NCBI GenBank assembly: GCA_043804895.1
Contig: JAZDIN010000025.1
Location: 86,762-150,761 of the forward strand
Direction: 5' to 3'
DNA: 64,000 nt
From: Candidatus Altiarchaeota archaeon
GTDB lineage: Archaea; Altiarchaeota; Altiarchaeia; IMC4; SCGC-AAA252-I15
The position numbers and the translations under genes are program-made. The notes under the pieces are model-generated. The model did not search any database. It was not told the origin of the DNA and worked only from the letters and a program-made list of their open reading frames with translations. Shown here piece after piece: positions 18,521-28,120 of this stretch. Each line of letters begins with the position of its first letter. Position 1 is the first letter of the stretch.

Positions 18521-18712
18521 TTAGTCCCTCCAGTACTTCACAGAGAACAGGAAATAGTAAACCCCCAACATCAGGTTCAACAAAAAGAACACAACCACCC
18601 AGTAAGGGAGGCCGAAGATAAGAGGTGTCGCCTTACCCCAGTTCCAAAAGTCCAGGGAAAGCGTTAGAACCGCAACAAAACCCAAAACCCAAGGCAAAGC
18701 TCTTCTCATCAT
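18521..18712 (-). CDS. Small two-TM partner of the SSS transporter (DUF3311/DUF997-like)
   Basis: DFWNW..TPLIFGLPYW; lies immediately upstream of the symporter. Confidence 0.75.
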   Translation of the reverse strand: MMRRALPWVLGFVAVLTLSLDFWNWGKATPLIFGLPYWVVVFFLLNLMLGVYYFLFSVKYWRD

Positions 18713-18817
18713 AAAAAAGCTTTTTCCTGGAATATGCGGCTGGAAACAGCTTCAAAAAAACAATGCCCTTGAATATAATGGTTTCGGATATTTAAATGAA
18801 TCCTCATATTCCTTTCC

Positions 18818-19102
18818 ATGGTTAGTGAGGTTCATGCGGCCCATATCTTGGTGAAGAGTCAGGATGAGGCTCAGGCGGTTTTGAATGATTTGAAGTCTGG
18901 TAAGAAGAGTTTCCCTGAGTTGGCTCAGGAGAAGTCTCAATGTCCGTCGAAGAGGAAGGCCGGCGACCTAGGATGGTTCGGCCGCGGTAGGATGGTTAAG
19001 GAGTTCGAGACTGCCGCGTTCGGCCTCAAGAAGGGGGAGATTTCAGCTCCGGTGCGGACCGAGTTCGGCTGGCATATAATAAAGGTGCTGGAGACCAGGT
19101 AA
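18818..19102 (+). CDS. Parvulin-type peptidyl-prolyl isomerase
   Basis: AHILVK, F.ELA..S.CPS...GDLGWF.RG.MV.EFE and TEFGWHII. Confidence 0.93.
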   Translation: MVSEVHAAHILVKSQDEAQAVLNDLKSGKKSFPELAQEKSQCPSKRKAGDLGWFGRGRMVKEFETAAFGLKKGEISAPVRTEFGWHIIKVLETR

Positions 19103-20816
19103 TTACCTGCTGTAGTAGTATTCTCCGCTTGTTTTCTGTTCGCGGTCTTTCACAGACCCTGGTTTGTTTGCTCTCGGCCTTCCAGTGTCTGGGTCGCGTC
19201 TGAATGTGACGTCCATCTGTTTGAGGAACATGTTCATCCCGTCGCGCATTTCAACTGGTTTGTGGGCTTTTCCTATCTTGCCTGATTCTCCTTCGAATAT
19301 GAGAAGCTCGTCTGATAGGTAGTCGATGAGTAGTATGTCGTGTTCGACGACAATCACCGCGACTTTGTTGTCGTATCCGAAGCTGTGGAGGTATTTAGCA
19401 AGAGAAAGCCTCTCCTCAACGTCAAGGTAAGCTGATGGTTCATCGAGCATGTAGATGTCAGCCTCTTTTGACAGGCAGTCTGCTATGGTGACTCTCTGCA
19501 GTTCCCCGCCGGATAGCTCGTTCAGCTTTTTGGTAAGGAGATGGGTTACCCTGAACCTCTGCAGGAGTTCGCCCTTTATGTGCAGCGACGCAACCACTTC
19601 GTCCTTAGCCTGTATGTACTGCGGCTTATACGAGACCTTCAACTCCATATTCACTTCAGTGTTGTCTGGTTTCTCAACCCCCGTCAGCATCTTCACGAAC
19701 GTTGTCTTACCAGTTGCATTAGGCCCTAGTATGCCCAGAATCTCAGGTGTCTTGATAGTTCCCGGGTCGATTATAAGGCTGAACTGGCCGTAGTCTTTCT
19801 TAAGTTGGGGGTATTCCACCAGCGTCTTCATCTTCCTAGTTGATGAAGGCGGTTTAATGTCGAACTTTATCTCATCCCTGAATCTCATATTCTCACTCCT
19901 CAGGAATCCGTTCAGGTACTCGTTTATCCCGACGCGGGTGGACATGACGTTGCTGATCATCCCATACGCTCCGGTCTCGCCGAATATAACGTGTATGCTC
20001 TCGCTCAGGTAGTCGAGGACGACAAGGTCGTGTTCGACGACGAATATCCTCCTCCCCTCAAGCTCGCGTATCGCTTTAGCGGCGTTCAGCCTCTCCCTCA
20101 CGTCAAGGTAGCTTGAGGGCTCATCGATTAGGTATATGTCAGCGTCCTTCGAAAGGCACGCAGCCAACGCTATCCTCTGCAGTTCCCCCCCGCTCACGGA
20201 TTTGATGTCCTTCTCGACTGTGTTCTCAAGGTTAAGTTTAATGACTAACTCGTCAACGACTTTGCGTTCGTCTGACTTTTTCAGTATGTCCTTTACCTTA
20301 CCGCTCACAACCCTGGGTATCGCCTCCACATACTGCGGCTTGTAGGAGGTCTTTACCCTTTTCTCGCCAAGTCTCTTCAGGTAGTCGTGCATCTCAGAGC
20401 CTTTGTAACGCTCCAAGACGTCGTCCCACGTCGCTTCTCCTCCGAGGTTCGGTTGCAGTTCGCCTGAGAGTATCTTCAACGCCGTCGACTTTCCTATGCC
20501 GTTGCACCCGACAATCCCTGCCACACCCACCTTCGGGGTTGGCAGGTTGAAAAGCCTGAACCCGTTCACGCCATACTGGTGTACGGGCTCGTCTAAGGCT
20601 TCTGGGAGGTTTATTATCCTGATGGCATCGTAGGGGCATTTTTTGACGCAGATTCCGCATCCAGTGCATAGTTGTTCGCTGATTACCGGTTTTTTTTGTA
20701 TCCTCGTTGACTGTGATGCACTCTCCTCCAGTCCTGTTGACCGGACACATCCTAATGCAAAGGAAGTTGCAGTCTTTGGGTTTGCACCTGTCCTTATCGT
20801 GTACTGCTATCCTCAT
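19103..20816 (-). CDS. rli: Ribosome recycling ATPase ABCE1/RLI, frameshifted in this sequence at 20690-20697
   Basis: The N-terminal Fe-S part MRIAVHDKDRCKPKDC...CP is in one frame; CTGCGICVKKCP and two ABC domains (LSGGELQR) are in another. Removing one A from the A8 run joins them. Confidence 0.93.
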
Positions 20817-20954
20817 CTTACTAACTCATCTCCGTCTGAGGGGCTAAGCGAACGTAGTGAGCGCAGGCCCCTCCTTCGTGAACCTCCCTCAAAACAGCTC
20901 GGCTGTTTTGGGGCGCCGGTTGGCCTAAGCCAACCGTGCGTAGTAAGGTTCTTC

Positions 20955-21596
20955 TCATCTTATCACTCCTCTGAGTTCTGTTAGGTCTTCTATGACCGAG
21001 TAGCCTCCTTTCGTATGTATTCTCTCACGGTCTATTAATACGGCGTTCATGCCTGCGTTCAAGGCGCCTTCCACGTCCATCCTCACGTTGTCTCCGACCA
21101 TCCAACAGTCCCTGCAATCCAAATCAAGGCTCTCCAATGCCATCTCGTATATTAGGGGATCGGGTTTAGCGACGCCTGCTTCGCATGACATTATTATGGA
21201 ATCAAAGTGTCCGCTTACTTTCCCTCTCGCGTATTCTGCCCCGCCTTTGTCTGTGTTGGAAATCAAACCCAACTTGAAGTCGTGCCGTAAGTCCTCCAGC
21301 ACAGCCTCCGCCTCAGGGAAGTACTCTGCCTCCTTAAGCCTGCTCTCCCACACGCCCATGGCCTCGGCTATTATGTCTGGGGAGTATCCTACTCTCTTCT
21401 CATCGCACAGTCTCCTGAAGAGCTCCTCCAACTCGTATCCTGAATCGACGAATAAAGTCTCCTCCATCTCATCCATTAACTCGAGATAATCCAACTTACC
21501 TTTCAGCCCAAGAAGCCTGACTATCTCATCGACCATACCCTTAGTCGGACAGTACATCAGCGTGTTCCACAGGTCGAAGAAAACACCCTCAGCCAT
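20955..21596 (-). CDS. HAD superfamily hydrolase
   Basis: FFDLWNTL, LISN, KPDP.IY and VGDN...DVEGA. Confidence 0.9.
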   Translation of the reverse strand: MAEGVFFDLWNTLMYCPTKGMVDEIVRLLGLKGKLDYLELMDEMEETLFVDSGYELEELFRRLCDEKRVGYSPDIIAEAMGVWESRLKEAEYFPEAEAVLEDLRHDFKLGLISNTDKGGAEYARGKVSGHFDSIIMSCEAGVAKPDPLIYEMALESLDLDCRDCWMVGDNVRMDVEGALNAGMNAVLIDRERIHTKGGYSVIEDLTELRGVIR

Positions 21597-21599
21597 ATC

Positions 21600-22721
21600 T
21601 CATATTATGCCGCGTAAGAATAAGTTTAAAGTCTCCCAGTCCACGGGCCTTGGGTTGCCTCGTGTCGAGCCTGACAGTCCGAGCTCCACCATCCCCCCTA
21701 TGTCATCAGCCTTTACTCCGACGTCCCTGAGGAAATCCGGCACACTCAGCGCAGCCTTAATCTCCTCCACCTTGAGTATCAGTTCTTGGGCATCTTTAAG
21801 CCTACAGTGTCTTGCGAGCTGGTCATACTTACCCTTCTCATACCCTAGGTTGAGTCTCATCACATGGGGGAGGACGACGCCACATGCTAGGCCGTGGGGC
21901 GTGTCGGCAGCCTTCCAGAGGGAATAGGAGAGTCCGTGCGCTAGTCCCGCTCCCGCATGGGTTATGCCGAAGCCAGCCATCAGGCTCCCCAACATCATGG
22001 CCTCCCTTGCTTCCATGTCGCTGTCGTCATCGTAGGCTCTGACGATGTTATCCAACACGAGTTTAGCTGCCTCCATGCACAGTACATCAGGCATCGGCTG
22101 GCTCATCTTTGAAGTCAAAGCCTCTATTGCATGTGTGAGCGCATCCAACCCAGATGATGCTGTCACCTCCTTCGGCATCGTGACAGTCAGTTGCGGATCG
22201 TCCAAGGCCGCGCTCGGGTACATGTGCCTGCTTCTGAAGCTCTTCTTAACCATCCTACTCCTGTCCGAGAGCACAGCCACCTCGGTGACTTCGCTGCCTG
22301 TGCCGGCGGTCGTGGGGATGGCAATGACAGGCGGCCCAGCTTTCATAATACCTTTGCCTCTGATATACTCGACAGCCTTGCCCCCATTGGCCGATACGAC
22401 AGATGCTGCTTTCGCGACGTCAAGGGGGCTTCCACCGCCAAGACCCAGGATAACATCAACATCCGAGGTCGCATAAACTGCTTTATCCACAGTCTCAACC
22501 GACGGGTCGCTCTCAACGTCATCGAAGACTGTAATCTCCTTACCGTCAAGTAACTCTTTTATCCTATCGATTACTCCCCTCTTCCAGGCTGCGCTTTTGC
22601 CTGTCACAATCAAAACCCTCTTAGCTTCCAGTCCCTCAACGACAGGCTTGACGTCCTCTAGGACGCCGCAGCCGAAGCGGACTTCAGTCGGCATGTAATA
22701 TCTGAATGAAGCAGCCATCAT
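21600..22721 (-). CDS. Iron-containing alcohol dehydrogenase
   Basis: GGGSPLD.AK, PTTAGTGSE, DALTHAIE and metal-binding His residues AHG...PHG. Confidence 0.92.
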   Translation of the reverse strand: MMAASFRYYMPTEVRFGCGVLEDVKPVVEGLEAKRVLIVTGKSAAWKRGVIDRIKELLDGKEITVFDDVESDPSVETVDKAVYATSDVDVILGLGGGSPLDVAKAASVVSANGGKAVEYIRGKGIMKAGPPVIAIPTTAGTGSEVTEVAVLSDRSRMVKKSFRSRHMYPSAALDDPQLTVTMPKEVTASSGLDALTHAIEALTSKMSQPMPDVLCMEAAKLVLDNIVRAYDDDSDMEAREAMMLGSLMAGFGITHAGAGLAHGLSYSLWKAADTPHGLACGVVLPHVMRLNLGYEKGKYDQLARHCRLKDAQELILKVEEIKAALSVPDFLRDVGVKADDIGGMVELGLSGSTRGNPRPVDWETLNLFLRGII

Positions 22722-23365
22722 AGGTTATTCAAAAAAGACAGGTTAATATCCTCAATCGAGTTGACGACCACGTCAGCCTTGCTTAGGTCCTGGCCGTGGG
22801 TGTTCGGGCTTTTCACAGCAGCGACCTTCATACCAGCGGCCTTTCCAGCGAGTATTCCGGCTTCAGCGTCCTCAATGACGACACATTCTTTTGGATTCAC
22901 GTTAAGCCTTTGGGCAGCAAGCTGGAATGGCTCCGGATTCGGTTTTCCTTCAGCGCAGCAGTCTCCTGAGACAATCACGTCGAACTCCAATAACAACCCG
23001 ACCTCCTCAAGGCTTGTATTCACCCTCTCAAGCGGGCTTGAAGACACCACTGCAGTCCTGATATCCGCATCCTCCAACTCGCCAATCAAATCCAGAACCC
23101 CTGGCATAGGCTTAAGTTTACCCCTAATCATCTTCGCGAACAGTCTGTTCTTCTTCTTCACCACATCCATCGGGTCTACCTTCAATCCACGCGCCTCAAT
23201 AGCGGCCCTGTAGTTCTCCACCGTCCTCCTGCCGAACACAAGATTCCTCTCCTTTGCCGTCTGCACAATCCCAACCGACTTCAACACAGCGTCAGAGGCC
23301 TCCCTACTGAAAGTCTCGCTGTCAACCAACACACCATCCAAATCAAAGAGGACAGCCTTAATCAT
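22718..23365 (-). CDS. HAD phosphatase (beta-PGM/CbbY-like)
   Basis: FDLDGVLVDSE, KPNPEPF and VIEDA..GI.AG. Confidence 0.9.
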   Translation of the reverse strand: MIKAVLFDLDGVLVDSETFSREASDAVLKSVGIVQTAKERNLVFGRRTVENYRAAIEARGLKVDPMDVVKKKNRLFAKMIRGKLKPMPGVLDLIGELEDADIRTAVVSSSPLERVNTSLEEVGLLLEFDVIVSGDCCAEGKPNPEPFQLAAQRLNVNPKECVVIEDAEAGILAGKAAGMKVAAVKSPNTHGQDLSKADVVVNSIEDINLSFLNNL

Positions 23366-24063
23366 CTCCAACCTCTGACGACGTCCAATACGCCCATGAG
23401 GGTACTAACTGATGCATCTGGGGTAATACTCATTCCCTTTTCCTCCAGGTCGTATGGAAGCCACTTAATTCCAAGAGCTGCATATATTGTCCTCATTCCA
23501 AGGGTCTTCGCTCCCAATAGGTCATCCTTCACCTCGTCTGAGACGAAGACACATTCATTAGGCTTCACCTTCAACTCATCCACCACCTCCATATAAATCT
23601 TCGCATCCGGTTTCCTCACGCCAACCTCGTTCGACAAACCGAATGAGTCGAAGAACACATCCAAACCAGAATCATTTAACAATTCCCTCGTCCCCTCCCC
23701 ACAGTTGGAAACCAAACCCAACAACAGGCCTTCATGCTTTAGAGCAGACAGGAGTTCTTTCGCGCCGTCATATGCCTTTGCATTTGCTACGAAGGCATTT
23801 TGTAACATCCTGCTAAATTCCTGTAGGTTCCTCCCATCAACGCCTAAGTCTAACAGTATCCTGCGATTGCCTTCAAGCCTGCTCATCCTCCCAGTCGTAG
23901 TCTCATAATGGTATTTTTTCCTAGCATTCCTGTACTCACCTAAACTGAGCTCAGGTTTCGAAGACCTGAGAAAATCCAATACCCCCCCTTCACTCCTTAC
24001 ACTGCCCTCAGGGTCGGAATAAATCAGTGTATTCCATAAATCGAACAACACAGCTTTAATCAT
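23362..24063 (-). CDS. HAD superfamily hydrolase
   Basis: FDLWNTL, VSN, RKPD..IY and SD...DL.GA. Confidence 0.88.
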   Translation of the reverse strand: MIKAVLFDLWNTLIYSDPEGSVRSEGGVLDFLRSSKPELSLGEYRNARKKYHYETTTGRMSRLEGNRRILLDLGVDGRNLQEFSRMLQNAFVANAKAYDGAKELLSALKHEGLLLGLVSNCGEGTRELLNDSGLDVFFDSFGLSNEVGVRKPDAKIYMEVVDELKVKPNECVFVSDEVKDDLLGAKTLGMRTIYAALGIKWLPYDLEEKGMSITPDASVSTLMGVLDVVRGWR

Positions 24064-24066
24064 CTT

Positions 24067-24693
24067 CTAAAAGAACATCTTATAAACTTTTTTTATGTCA
24101 TCTCCTGTTCCGATTTGGCCGTGGCCTGGGTAGAGTTTCTCTATTCCGCGTTCCTCGGAGAGTTGCATCAGCTTCTTAAGCGACTCCTCCAGCTCGTAGA
24201 TGCTTCCTCCCTTGCAGTCGGTCCTGCCGACTCCATCTGAAAAGACCGTATCGCCTGAGAACAGGCTCTTACTTTCAGGCTCGTAAAGGCAGATGCTCCC
24301 TCTCGTATGCCCTGGGGTGTGAATGACCTCCAAACTGGCGCCGCCAAGGTCGACGATATCGCCGTCGGAAAGCATCCTATCAACCTTATGTTTTACTGCA
24401 GGGCTTCCGAATAGGCTGGCAAGCTGGAGGCTGTCGTCGCCGGATTCTAGGGCAATAGCATCTAAGCCATGGCATAAGGCCGAAACACTGCCAGATTCAA
24501 GTACCCTAGGATTGGCGCCGACGTGGTCGAAATGGCAGTGGGTATTTATTAACACATCCATGCCTATACTATACTCAACTTTGTGGTTTAACACCCTCGC
24601 ATGGTCGATTCCAGGGTCGATTACGCAAACCTTGTCTGAAACGACAAGAAAGGCATTAGACTCCACGGAATCCGAAAGGAGGCTGCGAATCAC
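24067..24693 (-). CDS. MBL-fold metallo-hydrolase (glyoxalase II-like)
   Basis: THCHFDH, TPGHT.G, LFSGDT and PGHG. Confidence 0.92.
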   Translation of the reverse strand: MIRSLLSDSVESNAFLVVSDKVCVIDPGIDHARVLNHKVEYSIGMDVLINTHCHFDHVGANPRVLESGSVSALCHGLDAIALESGDDSLQLASLFGSPAVKHKVDRMLSDGDIVDLGGASLEVIHTPGHTRGSICLYEPESKSLFSGDTVFSDGVGRTDCKGGSIYELEESLKKLMQLSEERGIEKLYPGHGQIGTGDDIKKVYKMFF

Positions 24694-24834
24694 AGGTAAA
24701 TATATAGCCCAAGTCTATATATGATGACATGACCCGCCGTCACAAGACGGTATAGTCGGGCCCTAAAAGCCCTTGACGCGACTGTTTGGTGGTCAAGCCA
24801 GAATAAAGGTAACCAGTAAACAACGTCACACAAT

Positions 24835-24940
24835 GCCGAGGTGGCAGAGTCCGGTTTAACGCGCGGGCCTTGAAATCACATATAGACGAGTGAGCCCGTG
24901 TCCCCCCTGGGACGCTTGAGTTCGAATCTCAACCTCGGCG
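24835..24940 (+). tRNA. tRNA-Ser(UGA) with an 18-nt canonical intron (24875-24892)
   Basis: Acceptor stem GCCGAGG/CCTCGGC, anticodon stem CGGGC/GCCCG, long variable arm and TTCGAAT loop. BHB motif: CTTG pairs with intron CGAG, flanked by 3-nt bulges. Confidence 0.93.
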
Positions 24941-25119
24941 AGCCGTCTCGTCAGCTCGCGACGAGACGAATATTGTGGAGTCTTCGACTCCACAGTATGC
25001 ATCATAGGCTCGACGAGGTTAGCAAGGTCAGAGGCCTTGCGTTAACCTCGGCGAACCACAGTAGAGTGCCAAGCTACTCGGCGAGCCGAAGAAAAAACCA
25101 ATAAAAATTTACGATTAAA

Positions 25120-25707
25120 ATGCCTTTGATGATGGAGGAGGAGAAGGGTAAGAAAAAGAAGAAGCCTGAGAAGAAGGAGGTTAAGGACCACAGGCCGAAG
25201 CCTCCGGAGGCTGTGGCCGGTGTTGACAAGGATTTCGTCCACTTGGTCCGGCTTGCAGGCGTTGTAGTCAACGGAAGCCTTACCATCCCCAAGGCTCTTA
25301 TGAAAGTCAGGGGTATCGGGCCGAGGGTTGCTGAGACTATCATAATCCACCTGGGTTTCCCTGCTGACACTAAAGTCGGAAGCCTGAAAGAACCTCAGAT
25401 AGCTGAGATAGAGAAGAAGCTTGAGGGGTTGAACACCATGCTCCCGACTTGGATGCTCAACAGGCGGAAGGACTTTGTCACAGGCGTTGACTTCCACAAA
25501 ATAGGCCCAGAGCTTGACATACAAAGGCGTGAGGACATAAACCGCGAGAAGAAGATAAGGTCCTATAGGGGTATCAGGCACAGTCTCGACCTGCCTGTTA
25601 GAGGACAGCGCACAAGATCATCATTCAGGACTGGCTCGACAATTGGCGTAAGCCGTAAGAAGGCTGCCGCTTCAGTGTCTGCCAAACCGGAGAAAGGTAA
25701 GCAATAA
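25120..25707 (+). CDS. rps13: 30S ribosomal protein S13 with a Lys/Glu-rich N-terminal extension
   Basis: WMLNRRKD, SYRGIRH and PVRGQRT. Confidence 0.96.
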   Translation: MPLMMEEEKGKKKKKPEKKEVKDHRPKPPEAVAGVDKDFVHLVRLAGVVVNGSLTIPKALMKVRGIGPRVAETIIIHLGFPADTKVGSLKEPQIAEIEKKLEGLNTMLPTWMLNRRKDFVTGVDFHKIGPELDIQRREDINREKKIRSYRGIRHSLDLPVRGQRTRSSFRTGSTIGVSRKKAAASVSAKPEKGKQ

Positions 25708-26219
25708 TGGGAACACCGAGAAAACAACGCAGGAAGTACGCAAGACCAAGCCACCCGTGGAAGATGGTGAGGATAACAGAAGAGAAGGAACTCTGCGTAA
25801 AATACGGTCTAAAGAACAAGAAGGAGGTTTGGAAGATCAGAAGCCAGCTCGGAAGGATACGAGAGCAGGCTAAGAGGCTCATGGCCCAAGCAGGCCTCGA
25901 GTCTGAGAAGCAGAAGAAAGATTTAATAGCGAAATTGAACTCATGGGGCATAAAGGTGGGAAGCATCGACGATGTGCTCGGCCTCGGCGCTGAGAGCATC
26001 CTAGAGCGGAGGCTCGAGACGGTCGTCTACCGCAAAGGCCTTACAAACACACCCAAACAGGCTAGACAGTTCATAACACACAATCACGTTTACGTCGGCA
26101 ACCACAAGGTCAGCATCCCAAGCTATATCGTATTAGCTTCGGAAGAAGACACTGTTAGGTTGTCTGATGAAATAAAGGTTGAGAAAAGTGCCGCAGAAGA
26201 AGTCAAAGAAGGAGGATAA
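25707..26219 (+). CDS. rps4: 30S ribosomal protein S4
   Basis: [21 protein letters not shown] and QARQFITH.H. Confidence 0.96.
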   Translation: MGTPRKQRRKYARPSHPWKMVRITEEKELCVKYGLKNKKEVWKIRSQLGRIREQAKRLMAQAGLESEKQKKDLIAKLNSWGIKVGSIDDVLGLGAESILERRLETVVYRKGLTNTPKQARQFITHNHVYVGNHKVSIPSYIVLASEEDTVRLSDEIKVEKSAAEEVKEGG

Positions 26220-26724
26220 GGCCCCCGAGGTTAAGGAGGAGGCGGAAAAGAAGGAGCAGCTAGCGGAGCCTAAGGAAGAGCCTAAACAAAAACCAGCTGA
26301 AGAAGCTAAGGTTGAGGAGAAGGTAAAATCCAAAAAACCCGGAATGTGGGGAATAATGAACCTATACTCATCAAAAAACAACACAATCCTGCACGTGACA
26401 GACATAACAGGAGCAGAGACTGTTGCCATGAAATCAGGCGGTATGATAGTCAAATCAGACCGTGAGGAAGGATCGCCATATGCTGCAATGCAAGCCGCCA
26501 TACAGGTTGCTGAAGCCATAAAAGAAAAAGGCTACTCAGGCGTACACATCCGGGTCAGAGCCCCAGGAGGCCACAGCGGACCACGATACCCCGGCAAAGG
26601 CGCCCAAGCAGCCATACGCGCAATATCACGCTCAGGAATAAGGATAGGCCGCATCGAGGATGTGACGCCGATACCGCACGACGGGTGCAGGCCAAAAGGC
26701 GGAAAGAGAGGTCGCAGGGTATGA
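26188..26724 (+). CDS. rps11: 30S ribosomal protein S11 with a Lys/Glu-rich N-terminal extension
   Basis: [18 protein letters not shown] and [11 protein letters not shown]. The start is uncertain (GTG 26188 or TTG 26179). Confidence 0.93.
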   Translation: MPQKKSKKEDKAPEVKEEAEKKEQLAEPKEEPKQKPAEEAKVEEKVKSKKPGMWGIMNLYSSKNNTILHVTDITGAETVAMKSGGMIVKSDREEGSPYAAMQAAIQVAEAIKEKGYSGVHIRVRAPGGHSGPRYPGKGAQAAIRAISRSGIRIGRIEDVTPIPHDGCRPKGGKRGRRV

Positions 26725-27329
26725 TAAAAATAGCAAATTACGAACAGGAGGGCAATATTGCAAAGTTTGACATCTCAGGGATAGACGTGAAGACGCTGAA
26801 CACCTTCAGGCGCACGATAATATCCGCTGTTCCAGTGATGGCCATAGAACATGTCACATTCTACAACAACTCATCCATACTCAACGACGAAGCATTAGGT
26901 CACAGGCTAGGCCTAATTCCAATCTCAACAGACCTGAAAACCTACACAATGCGGAGTGATTGCTCATGCAAAGAGAAGGGATGCGGCAAATGCGTGTGCA
27001 AGCTGACCCTGGACGTGACAGGGCCTAAGACAGTGTACTCAGGAGAATTGCAGACAAAAGACGAAAACATCAAACCAGTGCACGAGAAGATCCCCCTAGG
27101 CAAGCTGATGGTAGACCAGAAGATAAAACTCGAAGCAGACGCAATCCTAGGCCTTGGCAGCGAACACGTCAAATGGCAGCCAGGCATCGCATCATACGAG
27201 ATGAAAGACAAAAACACATTCCAAGTCACAGTGGAATCATACGGTCAACTCCCAGTTGAAGAACTAATCAAAACCGCATTCGAGGTGGTAGACGCCAAAA
27301 TAAAAGAAATCAAAGACAAACTCACATAA
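26721..27329 (+). CDS. rpo3: RNA polymerase subunit D (Rpo3)
   Basis: [25 protein letters not shown] and G.G.EH.KW. Confidence 0.95.
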   Translation: MIKIANYEQEGNIAKFDISGIDVKTLNTFRRTIISAVPVMAIEHVTFYNNSSILNDEALGHRLGLIPISTDLKTYTMRSDCSCKEKGCGKCVCKLTLDVTGPKTVYSGELQTKDENIKPVHEKIPLGKLMVDQKIKLEADAILGLGSEHVKWQPGIASYEMKDKNTFQVTVESYGQLPVEELIKTAFEVVDAKIKEIKDKLT

Positions 27330-27335
27330 AAAAAC

Positions 27336-27458
27336 GCGGGGGTGCCCGAGTCCGGTCAAACATACCAGCCCCCCCAAAAGCGGGGACGTATGGGCTAAAG
27401 GGGCACGGTTGAGGGCCGTGTGGCAAGGCCTGCGCGAGTTCGAAGCTCGTCCCCCGCA
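27336..27458 (+). tRNA. tRNA-Leu(GAG) with a 39-nt intron in the D arm (27360-27398, position 21/22)
   Basis: Removing the intron gives GCGGGGGTGCCCGAGTCCGGTCAAAGGGGCACGGTTGAGGGCCGTG...GTTCGAAGCTCGTCCCCCGCA. BHB: GGTC/GGCT helix, AAA bulges, CATAC/GTATG inner helix. Confidence 0.9.
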
Positions 27459-27664
27459 AGGAGCCTTTTTTCTTTCTTGAAAAGAAAGAAAAGCGGAAAC
27501 CAAAGGTTTCCGATTGCAGCGAACCTACTGGTTCGCCGCAAAAAACGCTCGCGAAAAAAGAAAGAATCGAGCGGTCAAAGACCACTCAGAACGCATAACA
27601 CAAAAAAGGAAAGAGCGAAGGAGGGTAGGGTTGATAAGGGCGGGAACGTAGTTCCTGCCCTTAT

Positions 27665-27723
27665 GTTCGAAGGCTCGTCCCCCGCAAGAACCTTTTTCTT
27701 TTTTAGAAAAAAGAAAAAGGTTC
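27665..27723 (+). repeat. Duplicated tRNA-Leu 3' end followed by a perfect inverted repeat
   Basis: GTTCGAAGGCTCGTCCCCCGCAAG matches 27438-27460 with one extra base; then GAACCTTTTTCTTTTTT-AG-AAAAAAGAAAAAGGTTC. Confidence 0.85.
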
Positions 27724-27753
27724 ACGAAAAAGAAAAATAATTAAACAAGTAAG

Positions 27754-28119
27754 ATGGTTCGGACAGTAGAGTTCCGGGATCCAGGAAGGCTGGAGTTGAT
27801 TAAGACGCTGGAGAGCGCGTCAAAGGAGAATGAGTCCAGCCTATGGTCTCAGGTTGCTGAGGAGCTTTGCAGGGTCCGCAGGAACAGGCGTGAAGTTAAC
27901 ATACACAAGATAGAGAAGCACACCAAGGACGGGGAGATCATCCTCATCCCTGGCAAGGTGTTGGGTGACGGCAGCCTAAGCCACAAGGTCGACGTCGCAG
28001 CGTTCAGGTTCACAGAAGGCGCAGTCAAGAAAATCAAGGCTGCGGGCGGGAAGACGATGAGCATACTCGAGCTTGTCGGTTCAAACCCTAAGGGGTCGAA
28101 AGTGAGGTTGATTGGCTAA
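27754..28119 (+). CDS. rpl18e: 50S ribosomal protein L18e
   Basis: EVNI.KI, PGKVLG.G and NPKGS.V.LIG. Confidence 0.95.
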   Translation: MVRTVEFRDPGRLELIKTLESASKENESSLWSQVAEELCRVRRNRREVNIHKIEKHTKDGEIILIPGKVLGDGSLSHKVDVAAFRFTEGAVKKIKAAGGKTMSILELVGSNPKGSKVRLIG

Positions 28120-28120
28120 G

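Noticed and set aside
24721-24830. ATGATGA box C-like motif and short stems upstream of tRNA-Ser as a C/D sRNA
   Set aside because: No box D (CTGA) at a suitable distance; more likely promoter or leader sequence.
27420-27740. Lys/Arg-rich ORF, and the opposite-strand ORFs at 27264-27725
   Set aside because: They overlap tRNA-Leu and A/T-tract inverted repeats and are not protein-like.
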